IMG/VR virus record: IMGVR_UViG_3300001848_000349
Coordinates: 481-64,480 of that record
DNA: 64,000 nucleotides
Strand: one strand, 5' to 3'
Origin: a virus
The notes under the pieces are model-generated. The model was not told the DNA's origin and did not search any database. It saw only the letters and a list, made by a program, of their open reading frames with translations. Position numbers and translations under genes: made by a program. Position 1 is the stretch's first letter, and each line of letters begins with the position of its first letter. Below are positions 1 to 13,200 of this stretch, one piece after another.

Positions 1-213
1 TGAATGTGTAAATCTGTATACGTCATCTGAAGTAATACGATGCTTTAAGTACATCGTCTCAACACCATCATAATGCCACTCTTGATAAAACTGAATGGCA
101 GTATCGATGATGTCATCTACCTGATCATCATCGATATTGATTTGTAATACTGGAGCACCTAATTGTCGTTTACAATAAGCAATTAGTTCCGCCCTGCTAG
201 ATGGTCTTGCCAT
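1..213 (-). CDS. gp13: Neck protein gp13 (5' part; runs off the window edge)
   Basis: Manual translation from ATG at 213: MARPSSRAELIAYCKRQLGAPVLQINIDDDQVDDIIDTAIQFYQEWHYDGVETMYLKHRIT..., the typical T4-like gp13 N-terminus; TATAAATA promoter just upstream. Confidence 0.9.
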   Translation of the reverse strand, partial: MARPSSRAELIAYCKRQLGAPVLQINIDDDQVDDIIDTAIQFYQEWHYDGVETMYLKHRITSDDVYRFTHS

Positions 214-234
214 TTATACATAGACTCTTTTTTA

Positions 235-242
235 TATTTATA
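235..242 (-). promoter_or_regulatory. T4-type late promoter TATAAATA for gp13, overlapping the cpeT stop codon
   Basis: tatttata at 235-242 on the + strand. Confidence 0.8.
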
Positions 243-681
243 CCCTATCAAAAATGAAGGGTCCGCCATCATCTTTACCAAATATCAATTGTCCATCTGG
301 ATTGTATCCAGCATCTTTAGCTAGATAATGCTGCTGGTTAAATTTAACTTCGCTTACAATACGATTACCTTTTACAATACATTCACCACATTGAGATGCT
401 GTCCAGTAACCATCTTTGTAAGTAAAGATATAATCACAGTTGTGCTCCCAATTCATATTAAAAGATTTGAAAGCAACTTCTGTATCTGAAAGATATTCGT
501 AGGTGTGATATTCTTGACGATACGGTTCACCTTTAGGATAAAGATATTCATACCAATTTTGTGAGTGTAATTTATTATCTCCTAGATCTTTGTACACCAC
601 ACGAATCATAGCGTACTGTGATGGATAAGAAAATGCTTGGATTTTATTGACGTATTCTCCAATTATAGATTCAAATTTCAT
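238..681 (-). CDS. cpeT: Phage T-type bilin (phycobiliprotein) lyase, CpeT/CpcT family
   Basis: Motifs GEYVNKIQAFSYPSQYAMIRVVY...NWYEY...PYRQ and D.GY...G..IFG; position just before gp13 as in cyanomyoviruses. Start moved from the TTG at 693 to the ATG at 681, which follows a GGAGG RBS. Confidence 0.8.
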   Translation of the reverse strand: MKFESIIGEYVNKIQAFSYPSQYAMIRVVYKDLGDNKLHSQNWYEYLYPKGEPYRQEYHTYEYLSDTEVAFKSFNMNWEHNCDYIFTYKDGYWTASQCGECIVKGNRIVSEVKFNQQHYLAKDAGYNPDGQLIFGKDDGGPFIFDRV

Positions 682-694
682 TTCACCCTCCAAT

Positions 695-716
695 AAAAAA
701 CCCCCCGTGAGGGGGG
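695..716 (-). terminator. Rho-independent terminator
   Basis: Minus strand CCCCCC-TCAC-GGGGGG-TTTTTT. Confidence 0.85.
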
Positions 717-723
717 AGATAAA

Positions 724-945
724 TCATTCTACTACTTCTGTTTCAGAAACTGGAGTTTCCTCAGCAGGTGCTTCTGCTGTTTCTTCTTGAGGATCAAGGA
801 TCTGAAGAGTTTCCAGACCACCTAGAAGTTTGGTTTTATACTCCTTAGCTCTTTCTAGTTCACCTTCTAATTTGGTAATTTGCTCAGTAACATTTTTAAG
901 TTGAGCATTAAAGTTTTCACGTAATGTAGCAGTATCAGTTGTCAT
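724..945 (-). CDS. Small coiled-coil hypothetical protein with acidic tail (73 aa)
   Basis: ORF track frame; ATG at 945 preceded by CAGGAG is the more likely start; heptad pattern LKNVTEQITKLEGELERAKEY. Confidence 0.75.
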   Translation of the reverse strand: MTTDTATLRENFNAQLKNVTEQITKLEGELERAKEYKTKLLGGLETLQILDPQEETAEAPAEETPVSETEVVE

Positions 946-991
946 TTGTCGAATCTCCTGTTGTATAAAGCTGAATGGGGGATACATAATT

Positions 992-998
992 TATTTAT
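992..998 (-). promoter_or_regulatory. Late promoter ATAAATA
   Basis: tatttat in the intergenic gap upstream of the 73-aa gene. Confidence 0.6.
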
Positions 999-1007
999 GT
1001 TGTTATT

Positions 1008-1286
1008 TTAAGGCGTAGTAGAGTTACCCGTACCTAATCCTAGTATAGCAGCAAGTTGTTGTTTCTGTTCTAATGTAAGATTTGCTAAAGGATCTGGTTC
1101 TGGTTCTGGTGGAGCTGGTGGATTGTATTCATATTGATTTGGGTATTCTTCTAAAACAAGATGTACAGGATGTACATCCATATAAGTGTCATAAGATTCA
1201 ATCAGATCAGTATTCTCATCATCAACTAAAATTCTACCAATACAAGTATCATCTTCTTTTAATACATAAAATGTTCTTACTGTCAT
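1008..1286 (-). CDS. Small acidic protein directly after the giant fibre; possible tail-fibre assembly chaperone
   Basis: 92-aa ORF with a strong AGGAGG RBS; function inferred from position only. Confidence 0.55.
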   Translation of the reverse strand: MTVRTFYVLKEDDTCIGRILVDDENTDLIESYDTYMDVHPVHLVLEEYPNQYEYNPPAPPEPEPDPLANLTLEQKQQLAAILGLGTGNSTTP

Positions 1287-1297
1287 AAATCCTCCTA

Positions 1298-4200
1298 TTA
1301 ATACCAGTATACTCTTATGTGTCCTCTTCCGCCAGCACCACCGTCTCCGCCTTTTGCTGTGACAGCACTCACAATAGATGTTGATGCTACAGTTTGTGCT
1401 TTACCACTTACAATATAATTTGTAGTTGGAGAACCAGAGACTCCTCCATTATTTATTCTTAATACTGTACCAGCAGCACCAGCAGCACCTGGGATTAGAG
1501 CATATTGAATAGTTGCGCCTGTAAAAGCACTAATACCTGTTCCTGTATTTAAAGTGTAACCACCACCAGCGCCAGTACCACCATTTCTTGCTTGAATGAA
1601 GAATGAACTATTTACTGATTGTCCAGGTCCCTGACCAGCAGTAGCACAAGAAATTGATGCTCCAGTTACAATGGTATTTGTAGCAGTAGTCACAGTAAAG
1701 TTAGCAGTAGAAGCAGTGAAGTTAGCGATAAATGATCCAGTGTTCCAAGTTTGATATACCATAAATGAAGTTGTTGATGGTACAGAAGAAACAATCCAAT
1801 AACCATTATAAGCATTTGCCCAACCAGTAACACCAGAGGTTCCTAATGTATTAGCAGTAGTACCAGCAATTTGAACAAGATCACCTACTGCTAATCCATG
1901 AGTAGCAGAACAAGCAACAACAAATCCCATCAATAAAGGATTGACCGCCCCACCCCAATAAGGTGTGATGCTAGAAATAGAAACTGTTGAATATGTAGGT
2001 AGTGTTTTAATGGCAGTACCAGCAGCAACACCAGTACCAGTGAGGGATGCTCCTAGTGCTAATCTGCTGCCACCCATGCCTTGAGCTTGAGTTTGACCGC
2101 TTCCACTACAAGTAAAGTTAGCGCCAATGTTAGCAAGACCTTGACCGTATATAATATAAGTTCCAGCACCACCAGTAGTAGTTCCTGTTCCGAGAGCAAC
2201 AATAGTTGTTCCAGCAGGTAAACTACTACCAGTTACTGTCATTCCAGTTGTAAAAGCACCAGCAGAAACAGAACCAATATTTAAAATACCAAATCCAGGG
2301 AGACTTGCGTTTACGCCTGTTACTGTGGCATTATTACCAGAAGTAGCAGTTTGAGAAGCAGTAATTGCTGTTACAGTTAAAGTATTGTTGGCGATAGATC
2401 CAGTTACGGCACCATTATTTGTGGTAGTAGCGGTAAAGATTCTAGCAGCCCCACCACCGCCACCACCAGCACCAGGCCAACCACCTTCACCTCCTGCTTG
2501 TCCGTATACAGAAACGTTTCCAGTATGAAGGTTTGAAACACCACCATTTCCACCTAATCCTGCCCACCCAGTTGTAAGGAGATCATAACCAGGAGTAGCA
2601 GCAGTATCAAGATTAGTTAGAAGTGGCGTAGCTGCCGTCGAAGCAGCAACAGCATTTATAGTTAATGGAATACTAATAGTATAACCACCAGTAGCACCAG
2701 TACCGTTACATTGTGCTAATCCAGAAGTTACCATTGTAGCACCGTTTGTGAATCCAGTACCACTAGCAGTAAATCCAGTAGCAGTTGATGATGTAATAGT
2801 AACAGTTTGATTGAACTGTGTTGCTGATCCAGTAGAAGCAGTAGTACCACTAATTGTTACTGTACCACCACCAGGCCACTGCCAGTTAACATTACCAGTA
2901 TCTACAGTTATTGCTGTAGTTGATGTAGCAGTAATGTTTCTAATTTGAATTGGCCATGGCCATCCAGTGGCAACAACATAAGCATTAGTAGCGGTAGCAC
3001 CAAAGTTAATAAATTGTCCAACACTTAAAGCAGCACCAGTATTCATTGTCAATTTAATAAGTTGAGCTTGACCCCCAGTTGTAACTGCTGTGGTAGTTAA
3101 AGTACCAGCTGCAGTTGTTGTTGATGATGTTCCAGTACTACTTGTGTAACTTAATGATCCAACGTTTGCTGGAACACCAGAAGAAAGAATAGCTGGTGCT
3201 GTGCTAAGTGATGCTCCAGCACCACCACCAGTTGGAGCTTTACCAGTTTGTGTGAGTGATCTAGAAGTAGGTGATAAAGAACTTTCAGTTGGCCAAGCAT
3301 TTTGTGTTGGAGTTGCGGTTATACTTGCGTTTTGACCATTCATACCAGCAAGAGCAATATCAGTAGAATCTTGATAACCCCATAAACTAGTTGTGGCAGA
3401 AGTGACGGTGCTCCATGAATTATTAGCAACGCCAGCAGTTGTAGTACCACCACCACCACCAGCGTTTGGAGCTGGAGCACTGCTTAATGTTATTGTAGAT
3501 CCTGTTTTTAACGGAATAGATAAAGTTGTAATACTGCCAGCACCGCCAGCGGTTCCACTAGTATTACCTACAGAATTAATTAAACCACCAACTCCAGCCA
3601 ATCCGCCAGCAGCAATTGTACCTGTTGAGTTTGAAGATGATAGTGAAGATGCTGGAATTAAATAAGATCTATAACCACCAGATGCACCTGATGCTCCTCC
3701 ACCAGATCCTGTGGCACCAGTGTTATTTCTAAATCCATGTCCACCGCCACCTCCAGCACCAGAACTCCATAATTCAATATAGAACCACTTAGCATAAGGA
3801 GCGACAGTTAATAAATTGAGTGTTGTAGTTGCTGGAATATCAATATAACCATGGCTATCAGTCCACGAAGGAGTATTGCCAACGTTTCTTAGAATTTGAT
3901 TTAGTTGACCAAATTTGTTTGATTCAGAAGTAACTTGACCAGCATAGTTAATTGCTGTTGAAGTATTTGATCCAGACTGATAGTGGAATGCTAAGCTTCT
4001 AGTGTGTGTAATTGTTGTAGAAGCAGCAGATTGTGAAGTATCAACAGTATATAAACCTATACCACCATTTGAAATTGGAGTAATTGTAGGACCATTATTT
4101 GTATTAATAAATGCTGGTCCTAAATTAACTGCTCCATTAGTAATGGTTGTAGTTGTGGTTGTGGAAGAATTAACCAACCACAATCCGTAAATACCATTTA

Positions 4201-7200
4201 CTGTTTGGTTACCATTACAATAACCATTTGGAGTTACTCCAGAAATCTGTACAAATGAACCAACTGGAATAGCAATTGGGAATGCTGAGTGGGTTACAGT
4301 AAAGCTAGATGTAGTTGAAGTGATAGCAGTAATCGTTGCTCCACTTGTTCCAGCAGTTACTACAAAACCAAATTGTGAAATTCTTGTGCCAGCAGTTACA
4401 CCAGTTCCAGATAAAATATTTCCTAAAGTTAAAGTTCCAGTAGGAGCAGTAGTAATAGCAAGACATGTGGTAGCAATTTGTCCCGTAAATGTTCCTGTTG
4501 GATCAGTAAGTGATAGGTTATTGGCAGCACCAATATCAGTGATCGTTGATCTTGTTTGATAAACTGGAGCAGTATTAACGCCAGCACTAACTAATACTTG
4601 TCCTGTAGCAACAGCAGCAAGACCGCTTGTAGTGCCAACAGCAGATTGATATAGAATTGCTCCAACTGTGTTGCCAGAAGCAGGGACCGTGCTGACAGCA
4701 GTACCAGCAGCAAGAGTACTTTGGTTAACCCATTGTGGAGCTGTAGCACCAGTGTTAACGGTCAATACTTGGTTAGCAGTACCAGTTGCTAACTTAGCAG
4801 TAGCACCAGCACCAGATTGATATAAAATATTACCAGCAACACCACCAGAAATATTGTTTGATGTTCCTACTGTTACTGATGTATTAGTTGTCCATTGTGG
4901 AGCAGATCCACTTGAAGTTAAGATGGCATTAGATCCACCAATTGCCAATGTCGTTGTAGCGCCAGCAGCAGTTTGATAAGGAATAGATCCAGCAGCACCA
5001 CCAGCAATATTAGTTGCTGTTCCTACTGATAAACTAGAAGCATTCGCGTAAGTAGGAGCAGAAGCACCACCAATAATTACTTGAGTTGATGTACCAAGTG
5101 CTAAAAATGCCGTTGCTCCAGCAGCAGTTTGATAAGGAATAGATCCAGCAGCACCAGCAGCAATATTAGTTGCTGTTCCTACTGCTAGTGAAGATTGATT
5201 AGTCCAAGAAGGAGCAGCTGCTGATCCTCCAGAAAGAAGAACTTGGTTAGCAGTACCAGTTGATAACTTAGACGTTGTGTTAGCAGCAGATTGATAAAGA
5301 AGTTTAAAGTTATCTCCAGCAACTGAAGTAATGTTACCAGCAGTTAAAGTAGTTGGATCTGTCCATTGTGGAGCAACTGATGTAGTATTGTAAGTAAGAA
5401 CGTAACCATTTGTACCAACAGCAAGTTTAGATGTAGTTCCAGCACCAGATTGATAAAGAAGTTGACCAGCAGCCCCGCTTGAAATATTACCAGCAGTAAT
5501 ATTTGTTTGATCCGTCCATGAAGGAGCAGCAGCAGAACCACCAGAAATTAATACTTGGTTAGCAGTACCAGTTGATAACTTAGAGGTTGTATTGGCAGCA
5601 GACTGATAAAGAATCTTAAAGTTATCAGCAGCAAGTGAAGAAATATTACCAGCAGTTAAGTTTGCTTGATCTGTCCATGAAGGAGCAGTGGCACCAACGT
5701 TAACAATCAATGCTTGACCAGCAGTTCCGATTGCTAGTTTTGATGTAGCACCAGCAGCAGATTGATATAGAATCTGACCAGCAGTACCACCAGCAATATT
5801 ACCAGCAGTGATGCTACTTTGTGCTAACCAGGATGGGTTGGCACCAGCACCACCAGTTTGAAGAACATAACCAGCAGTACCAGCAGCAAGTTTAGATGTA
5901 GTTGAAGCAGCAGATTGATATAGAATATCTCCTTGAGCACCACCGTTAATATTTCCAGCAGTAACGTTTGATTGATCTCTCCAAATTGGTTTTGTGTTTG
6001 TTCCGTCATAGAACAGTACTTGACCATCGGTTCCTACAGTGAGTTTGGCAGTAGCACCAGCACCAGATTGATAGAGAAGTTGACCAGCAGATCCAGCATC
6101 AATGTTGCCAGCAGTAATAGTATTTTGTGCTACCCATGTTGGGTTAGCGCCTGTACCGTTTGTTCTTAGAATGTAACCAGAAGTTCCTACTGCTAGTTTT
6201 GAAGTTGTTCCAGAAGCAGACTGGAATAGTAATTCACCTTGATTACCGCCAGCAATATTACCAGCAGTGATATTAATTTGATTTGTCCAGAGAGGAGCAT
6301 TTGCTGTTGGATTAACAATCAATACTTGACCAGCATTACCAATTGGTAGTGATGTTGTTACGTTAGCACCAGATTGATATAGAAGTGAACCAGCAGCACC
6401 ACCAACGGAAACGGCAGTAGCACTAGAAGCATTACCAGTGAACGATCCAGAGAAAATCTTGGTTGTTAATGTTCCAGTGAATGGGTTGAAGAATAATCCA
6501 GTTGTAGCATCTGTATTGTATAATACGTTGGTGTATGATACGTTAGTAGCAAAGAATGGAATAGCATATGAACTATCAGTTGCTGTTTCGGAAGTAATCT
6601 TAATTGTATTTGATTGTCCAGAAGTTAATGTACTTTGAGCAACCCATTGAGGAGCTGTGGCACCAGAGTTAACGGTTAATACTTGACCAGCAGTTCCAAT
6701 ATTTAATTTTGTTAGTGTTGGAGTTGTAGCGTTAGCATAGAGTAAATCGCCAACAGCATAAGAATTAATTCCAGTACCACCACGTAATGCTGATAGAGTA
6801 CCAGCATCAGCATTATTCATATTAGTGTAGTAAGCACCAGTTTGATCATCTAATAAGTCAGCGTTTAAGTTTGTGACCTTGGTTGTAGATGAAACTGTTA
6901 ATGGAGCAGTTCCTTGTGGAGCAGGAATAATTAATTGACCAGACTTATCAAATGAGAATGTTCTGGATGTAGTAATTGTAGTATCGGTTGATCTTGTGGC
7001 ATCATCAGCGAATACAAAATCTAATCTTCCACCAGCCCCAGTTCCTACACCAGTAGCATCCGAATGCTTGAGTAAGAATCCATAATTTGATGTTTGATAC
7101 TTAGTAGCACCACCAGTAATGTAGATACCACCAGCAATATGATCTCCAGAAGTTCTTAGAATTGAGTAATCTCTTGTATTGAAATCTCTTCCATCTAATA

Positions 7201-10200
7201 GGTCAGCATCTAATCCAGATCCAGCACCATCATTGTTTTCATTCCAAATTCTATAATCGTTTGAACCAGAGCTATAGAAGATTGAACTATTATCTTTGGC
7301 GAAGAATCTAATGGTTCTATCAGCATCTACTTGTGCCCAGGTTGCTAATGTATTAGCAGCAGATCCATTTCCAATCGCTAGGTATAGAGAAGAACCACTA
7401 TTACCAATTGCCCATGTTCTGCCAGTTCCTGTGCTACCAGCAATACCTTGTAGACTTAAAGAACCACCATCAGCGATTAATCCAGCAACAACTTTATTGC
7501 TATAATTATCTGGGTCAACAACTGTATTATCAGCAAGTTGAGCAGCATCATTGACGGTAAGGAATCCAGTTAATGTTGTTGTTCCTCCAACAGAAATATT
7601 GCCAGAGGTTGAAGTATCTGTATCAGATCTCATTACCTGAGACTTGGTAATTCCTTGTAGGAAGTTAGCATTTAATCCAGAAGTATCGGTGTCATTACCA
7701 GAATGCCATACAGTGTTTGTATTGTATGTAAATCCAGCACCAGTGATGTTTAGAGAACCAGTGCCATTATCTGATGAACCACCAGTAACTTGGAATCTTA
7801 CATCATAATCATTATTTCTTCCGCTTGAATGGAAGTCAATAATAGCACCATTAGCAGGTACGTTGTTTGAAACAATATTGCTATCGTTTCTTCCTAGGAT
7901 TAATCTAGCACCAGTTCCATCATCTTGTAATGTAGCTGATGTATAAGTTCCAAAAGAACTAATTCTTACCGTAGTAAATGGTTGTTCATTTCCTGTTGTA
8001 CCAATTCTTGTGGCAGCACCAATAATACCTGTATCTAAAGATACGGTGTAAATTACATAATTTAATTCTGTGTTAATTGTTTCTAGTGGAAACTTCTGTT
8101 CAATTTGTTTGATTGTTACTTGTCCTACGTTTTGTAGGTTATCATTATAAAGATTTAATTGTTGCCCAATGCTGTAATTTAAATCACCATTGTTTAATCT
8201 ATTGGAGAAATAAATTTCGTAATGAGTAAAGTCAATATATTTTGTGAGGTTAATTGAGTTCAAGAATTTCTTAGAACTCATGATAGGTTGTAATCTAGCA
8301 TCAGAAATGCTACCACCATCAAGGTTTAGAGCATTTGTATACCATGCTCTTGTTCTACCATGCATCTTGTCGGCATCTAATCCAGATCCAGCACCGTCGT
8401 TACCAGAGGTCCATACTTTATACCATTGTGACCAAGCATTTGTAGGATCGGTAGGAATGAGGTTACCACTACCACGTAGATACATGTTTGGTACAACATC
8501 ATCGGCAGGAGATGCTGATGATCCACCACCACCAGAGTTAACATAAGGAGTACCATCTGTGAAAGCAAGTTGTTTAACACCACCGCCACCAGCATCGTTA
8601 CCAACACCAGATGGCCTCAACGTTAGAATTGAAACTCTATCGCCTTCATTTTCTAATGTTCTATCAGCAATATTATATCTAAAGTTGGAAGAAACTCTTA
8701 CAGCAAGAGTCATACCTTGAGTATATGCTGAAGGTGCTGGAACAGCATTAATAGAATCCACAATAGAATCTAGTCTTGCTGTAGAACCAGACTTACCTGT
8801 AACGTCAATTGAATATGAACCAGAGAGTCTATCTGTTCTAAGTGTACCTGCTTCTAGGTTAGAAGCATCAAGATAGAAAGCACCTTGCTTACCATCAAGT
8901 AAGTCAGCATCTAATCCAGATTCTGGACCAGTCTTAAGTGTTAGAGCACCGTTAGGACCAAAGGTATATTGTGACTTGAGGAATCTGGAAACACCTACAG
9001 TACCAAAAGCATCTAATGATGTTGTTTGGTTTGTTGTTCTCTTGATATCTACTTCAATATTGGAGAAGTAAATTTGCTGAGTAGAAACTAATCCTCTTAG
9101 TTTTGCTCCAGTACCAATTCCTAAAATACCAGGGATTGGATCTACAACAAAGTCAGTAGCGTATTGAATACCACCATCAGTGATAACAGCATTTGTAATT
9201 TTTCCACCTAGAACAGTGAATGAAGCTTTAGCTCCTGTTCCTGTTCCACCATCAGTTCTAAAGATTTCTACGTTATTGTATGTGCCATTGTTATAATATA
9301 CTCCAAATGTTACAGATTCATTAGTAATATTTTGAGTTAATGTTTGATCAATATTAACAGTAGCAGTAAAATCTACACCTGGGTTTAATGGAACAACTGA
9401 TGTTACTAAAGCACCAGATGGAACTTTTGATGAAAATACTTCTTGATCTTCAAGAATTCCACTGTAATCTCCTACAGTGAAGAAATTATCTCCAGAATTA
9501 CCAGAAAGAATTGTGGTTGTTACAGCATCTCCAGAGTTTTCAATGAAGATTGAATCAACAAATCCACCTTTAGTGAATGAAGATTCGAACTGTAATGGAG
9601 TTTCAGTTCTAGTAAAGGTGATAATTTGACCAGGAAGAATGTCATCAGTAATCAAACTACTTATTGATACTCTTGTATTTCCTTCTACAACAGTAACATC
9701 AATTACAATTGTATTTGCTAGAATACCGTTTCCAGAAACTTTTTGACCAGTTTGAACTAATGATGTCCTTTCTAATGTGATGTAGCTTAGTCCAGCTTCA
9801 GACTTAAGATATGCTAAACGTAAGAACTTGACTTCTGGTAGTTTAATACCTTGAACAACTGGTTTGTAAGTTTGATCTCCACGTAAGAAAGTAAATGAGT
9901 TGGCGGAACCAGTACCTAATCTTGAAGAAGAAATAATACCAGTAGTAATCGAACCAGCATCAATAGTTTGTGAAGTTAGAGGAACCCAATTGCCTTCATT
10001 TTGGGAAGAAATATTAACAACTCTAGTTATATCTAATGTTCTTTGTGGAGAATTATTAGATTTAATTGTATCAACATCAGTAAACTTAACAGCGTTTTGA
10101 ATCTTGATGTATACTCTACTTTCTACAAATGCCTGTAGAGAAGCTCTTTCACCAACGTAAGCATAGAAGCAAGTACCACCATCAGCAGGTTGTGGAATTG

Positions 10201-13200
10201 AAGATTGACCACTGAATGCTGCTGTTCCAGAAGTACCAGCAGTTGTGACTTCATATAACTCAAGACCTACATTAATTAGTTCTCCGACTGTGTAACTTTG
10301 ATTAGCAGACCAAGCAATTTCTCCAACATTAATATTTACAGTTGGAGCAACAGAATATCCACTACCAATGTTTGTCATGGTAATGGAAGAAATAGCAGTG
10401 CCAACTACAGTAGCAGTTGCTGTTGCTTGTACTCCACCTCCTTGATCTGGAGCAGAAATAACTACAGATGGTGTTCTGTATTGATAGATATCACCACCAG
10501 TTGCTCTAACGATTGAGTATACTACACCAAACGATGAGGATGTAATTTGACCAATAGCACCAGTAGCACTTCCAGTTACTAATCTTCCAGTTGTAAATAC
10601 GGTTCCAATATTTGGAGCATATGATAAGTATTGTGAATCAACATCATTATTAAGAATGTAAGAAACAGTACCAGTAGCAATACTAATTCCAGTATTTCCA
10701 CTACCAGCAGATGTGATTGTTAATGGAACTTCATCAATTACATTCTCTGGCGATGAAGCAAGTTGAATGTAATTAGGAGCTTTCAGAATAATATAATAGG
10801 TATTTCCTTCTACAATAGGACCAGCATTTGTTGCTGGTGGAGTAGCAGCTGAACTTGTAATAGTAACAATTTGACCACTTGAGAATCCTGTTTTAGGCGT
10901 ATAGATTTGATTGTTATCTACATCAATATCAGCATCGGATACGATGTCATTGAGTCTTGTTACCTGTACGGCAATATCACCAGCATTTAATCCTTCTAGA
11001 GCAAGTCTTTGATTAGTGCTTCCTACAGTATAAACTTTGAATGGTCTGATAGGTGGAATTTGATCTAGGTTGATCTTACCATCATTACCAAGTTCTACCA
11101 GAGCATTTGGAATTGGATTGTTTGAATATGGTTTACCGAAGTATGGACCAAGGTTATTGGTAACGAAGTCTTTAACCGCTTTCTGTGTTGGTAGTTTTTG
11201 GTTGGTAGCAGCAGCACCACCCATTGTTGGTGAAACATCAAATCCAGTAATGATTAGATCTCCACCACGAATACGTAAGAATTCAATTTCAGAAATCGAT
11301 ACCTGACCAGTAAAGTAAATGTTACCAGTACGGTTTTGCATTTTAACGGTTAGACCAACTTTAAAGTCACCAGCTTCATCAGTACCAGAAGCATATACTC
11401 TACCGTAACGTTGTGAAACCTGTTCGTTTTCTTCTTTCTTTTGACCACCATTTTCTGGTAGACCGTAATAATCAGTACCAGAACCAATGTATTCAAATGA
11501 GTGACCCGAGGAGTTAATAATAGAAGGTCTGTATAGTCTGATTGTCTTACCAATCAACTCAGATGTGTTTAGGTTAACTCTTTGACCAGTAGTATTATTT
11601 CTAAGGAGTAGAGCATCGTTGAATTCAACTCTAGCAGATACTTGACCAGTACCACCTACAGTAGCTCCAGTAACTACAGTGACGTAGTATTCAATACCAG
11701 ATACTACATTGCTATAACCATCGATCTTCATTACGAAGTTTTCAACTGGTTTTCTACCTAGTCCATTGATCTTGAATACAGTTTTACCAGCAGAAGTTGT
11801 AGCGATTTCTCCGATAGTACCAATATCAAATGGGTATGGATCTTTTCTGTATCCTACAGCACGTAGAGCATAAGTACCAAAGTTTGAAGCAGAGTTGGTA
11901 ACAGAAGCATATCCACCAGATTCAGCAAGAATACCATCTTGACAGAAGATACAGAATACAGATACCAACTGACAGTATCCATCATTGTTGACTAGGTATC
12001 CTGTACCACCTTGAGAAATGATGGTGAAGGCGTTAGCAACCATCGACTTACCTTGTGGAGCAAGTTTTGCTTTGCCATCTTCTCTTAGTCCTGGGCGAGG
12101 AACGTTGATTTGTTTGATCTTAGATCCATCAACTTCACAACCACCGCCACCTAAGAATGAAATAATAGAACAGTTTTGGATGTAAGGTGATACCTCAATA
12201 ATATCGTTGGCATTAATCATTCTGCCACGAATTACAGGACGGTTGCTGGCATCAATCATTGTGCCAGAACCTTGTACAACTGTAGGATTATAAAGAGTTC
12301 CTGGGTTTATAATAGGCGAATAAGAATTTTGTGCTACAATATCAGGTAATCCATTTCCATTTAATACAGAAGATAGAATATCAAAAATAGTTGTGATAGT
12401 AGATACAACGTTAGCACATTCTGGATATGAAGAATCAACAGTGATGAAATCATCAGTAAATGGTCTTTGTGTTCCTTTAAAATATGCCCCAGAGAAAATA
12501 CCAGGAATATTTTGTGATCTGTAAACAGTTACGTTATAATTTGTACCATATGTTGGTGATGGTAGTGGAGCTCCAGATTGTTCGAGAACTAAATCTAAAA
12601 TACCCCACAATGAAGTAATTGTTGATTGTATATTAGCACAAGATGCTGGATCTGTATTTGATCCAGTAGAAGGATCTGCTAAGATAGTTAAATCTTTATA
12701 AGCAGTTTCTGATGTGTATGTTCCAGTACTTGGGAGAGTATTTGTTACAGCTTGAAGAACTAAATTCTTAGCATATTCAAAAGCGTAACGGGTCTTGACA
12801 ACTTGATCATTAACGTAAATAACAGCACCAGAAGAATTGAGATATGATTTAGCTGCCTGTATACTACCAGAGTTACCACCAAGGATTAAATCTTTAATCC
12901 AAGCAGTCATATTGAGTTGAATATCTCTCTTACACTTAGGTTCGTTTGGAATATTAATAAGAGGATATTGATTATTGGCAGCACCAAGAGCTTCTTCAGC
13001 AATATATTTGAAGTTCTTAGCAATTAAAGTAGCAGCATCAATCTTAGTTCCACCAGATTTATTGGTAATAATATCAATAAAGATTTGGAATAAAGAATTG
13101 ATAGAAGATTCAACGAATGAGCACTGTGGATAACCAGCAGGATCCAATAGATTTGAATTTGTTACATAGTTTGAGGTAGCAAATTGCTTAGTATATTGTG

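Noticed and set aside
1298-1700. Diversity-generating retroelement target at the fibre tip
   Set aside because: No reverse transcriptase and no second copy of the 3' end (TR/VR pair) seen in the window.
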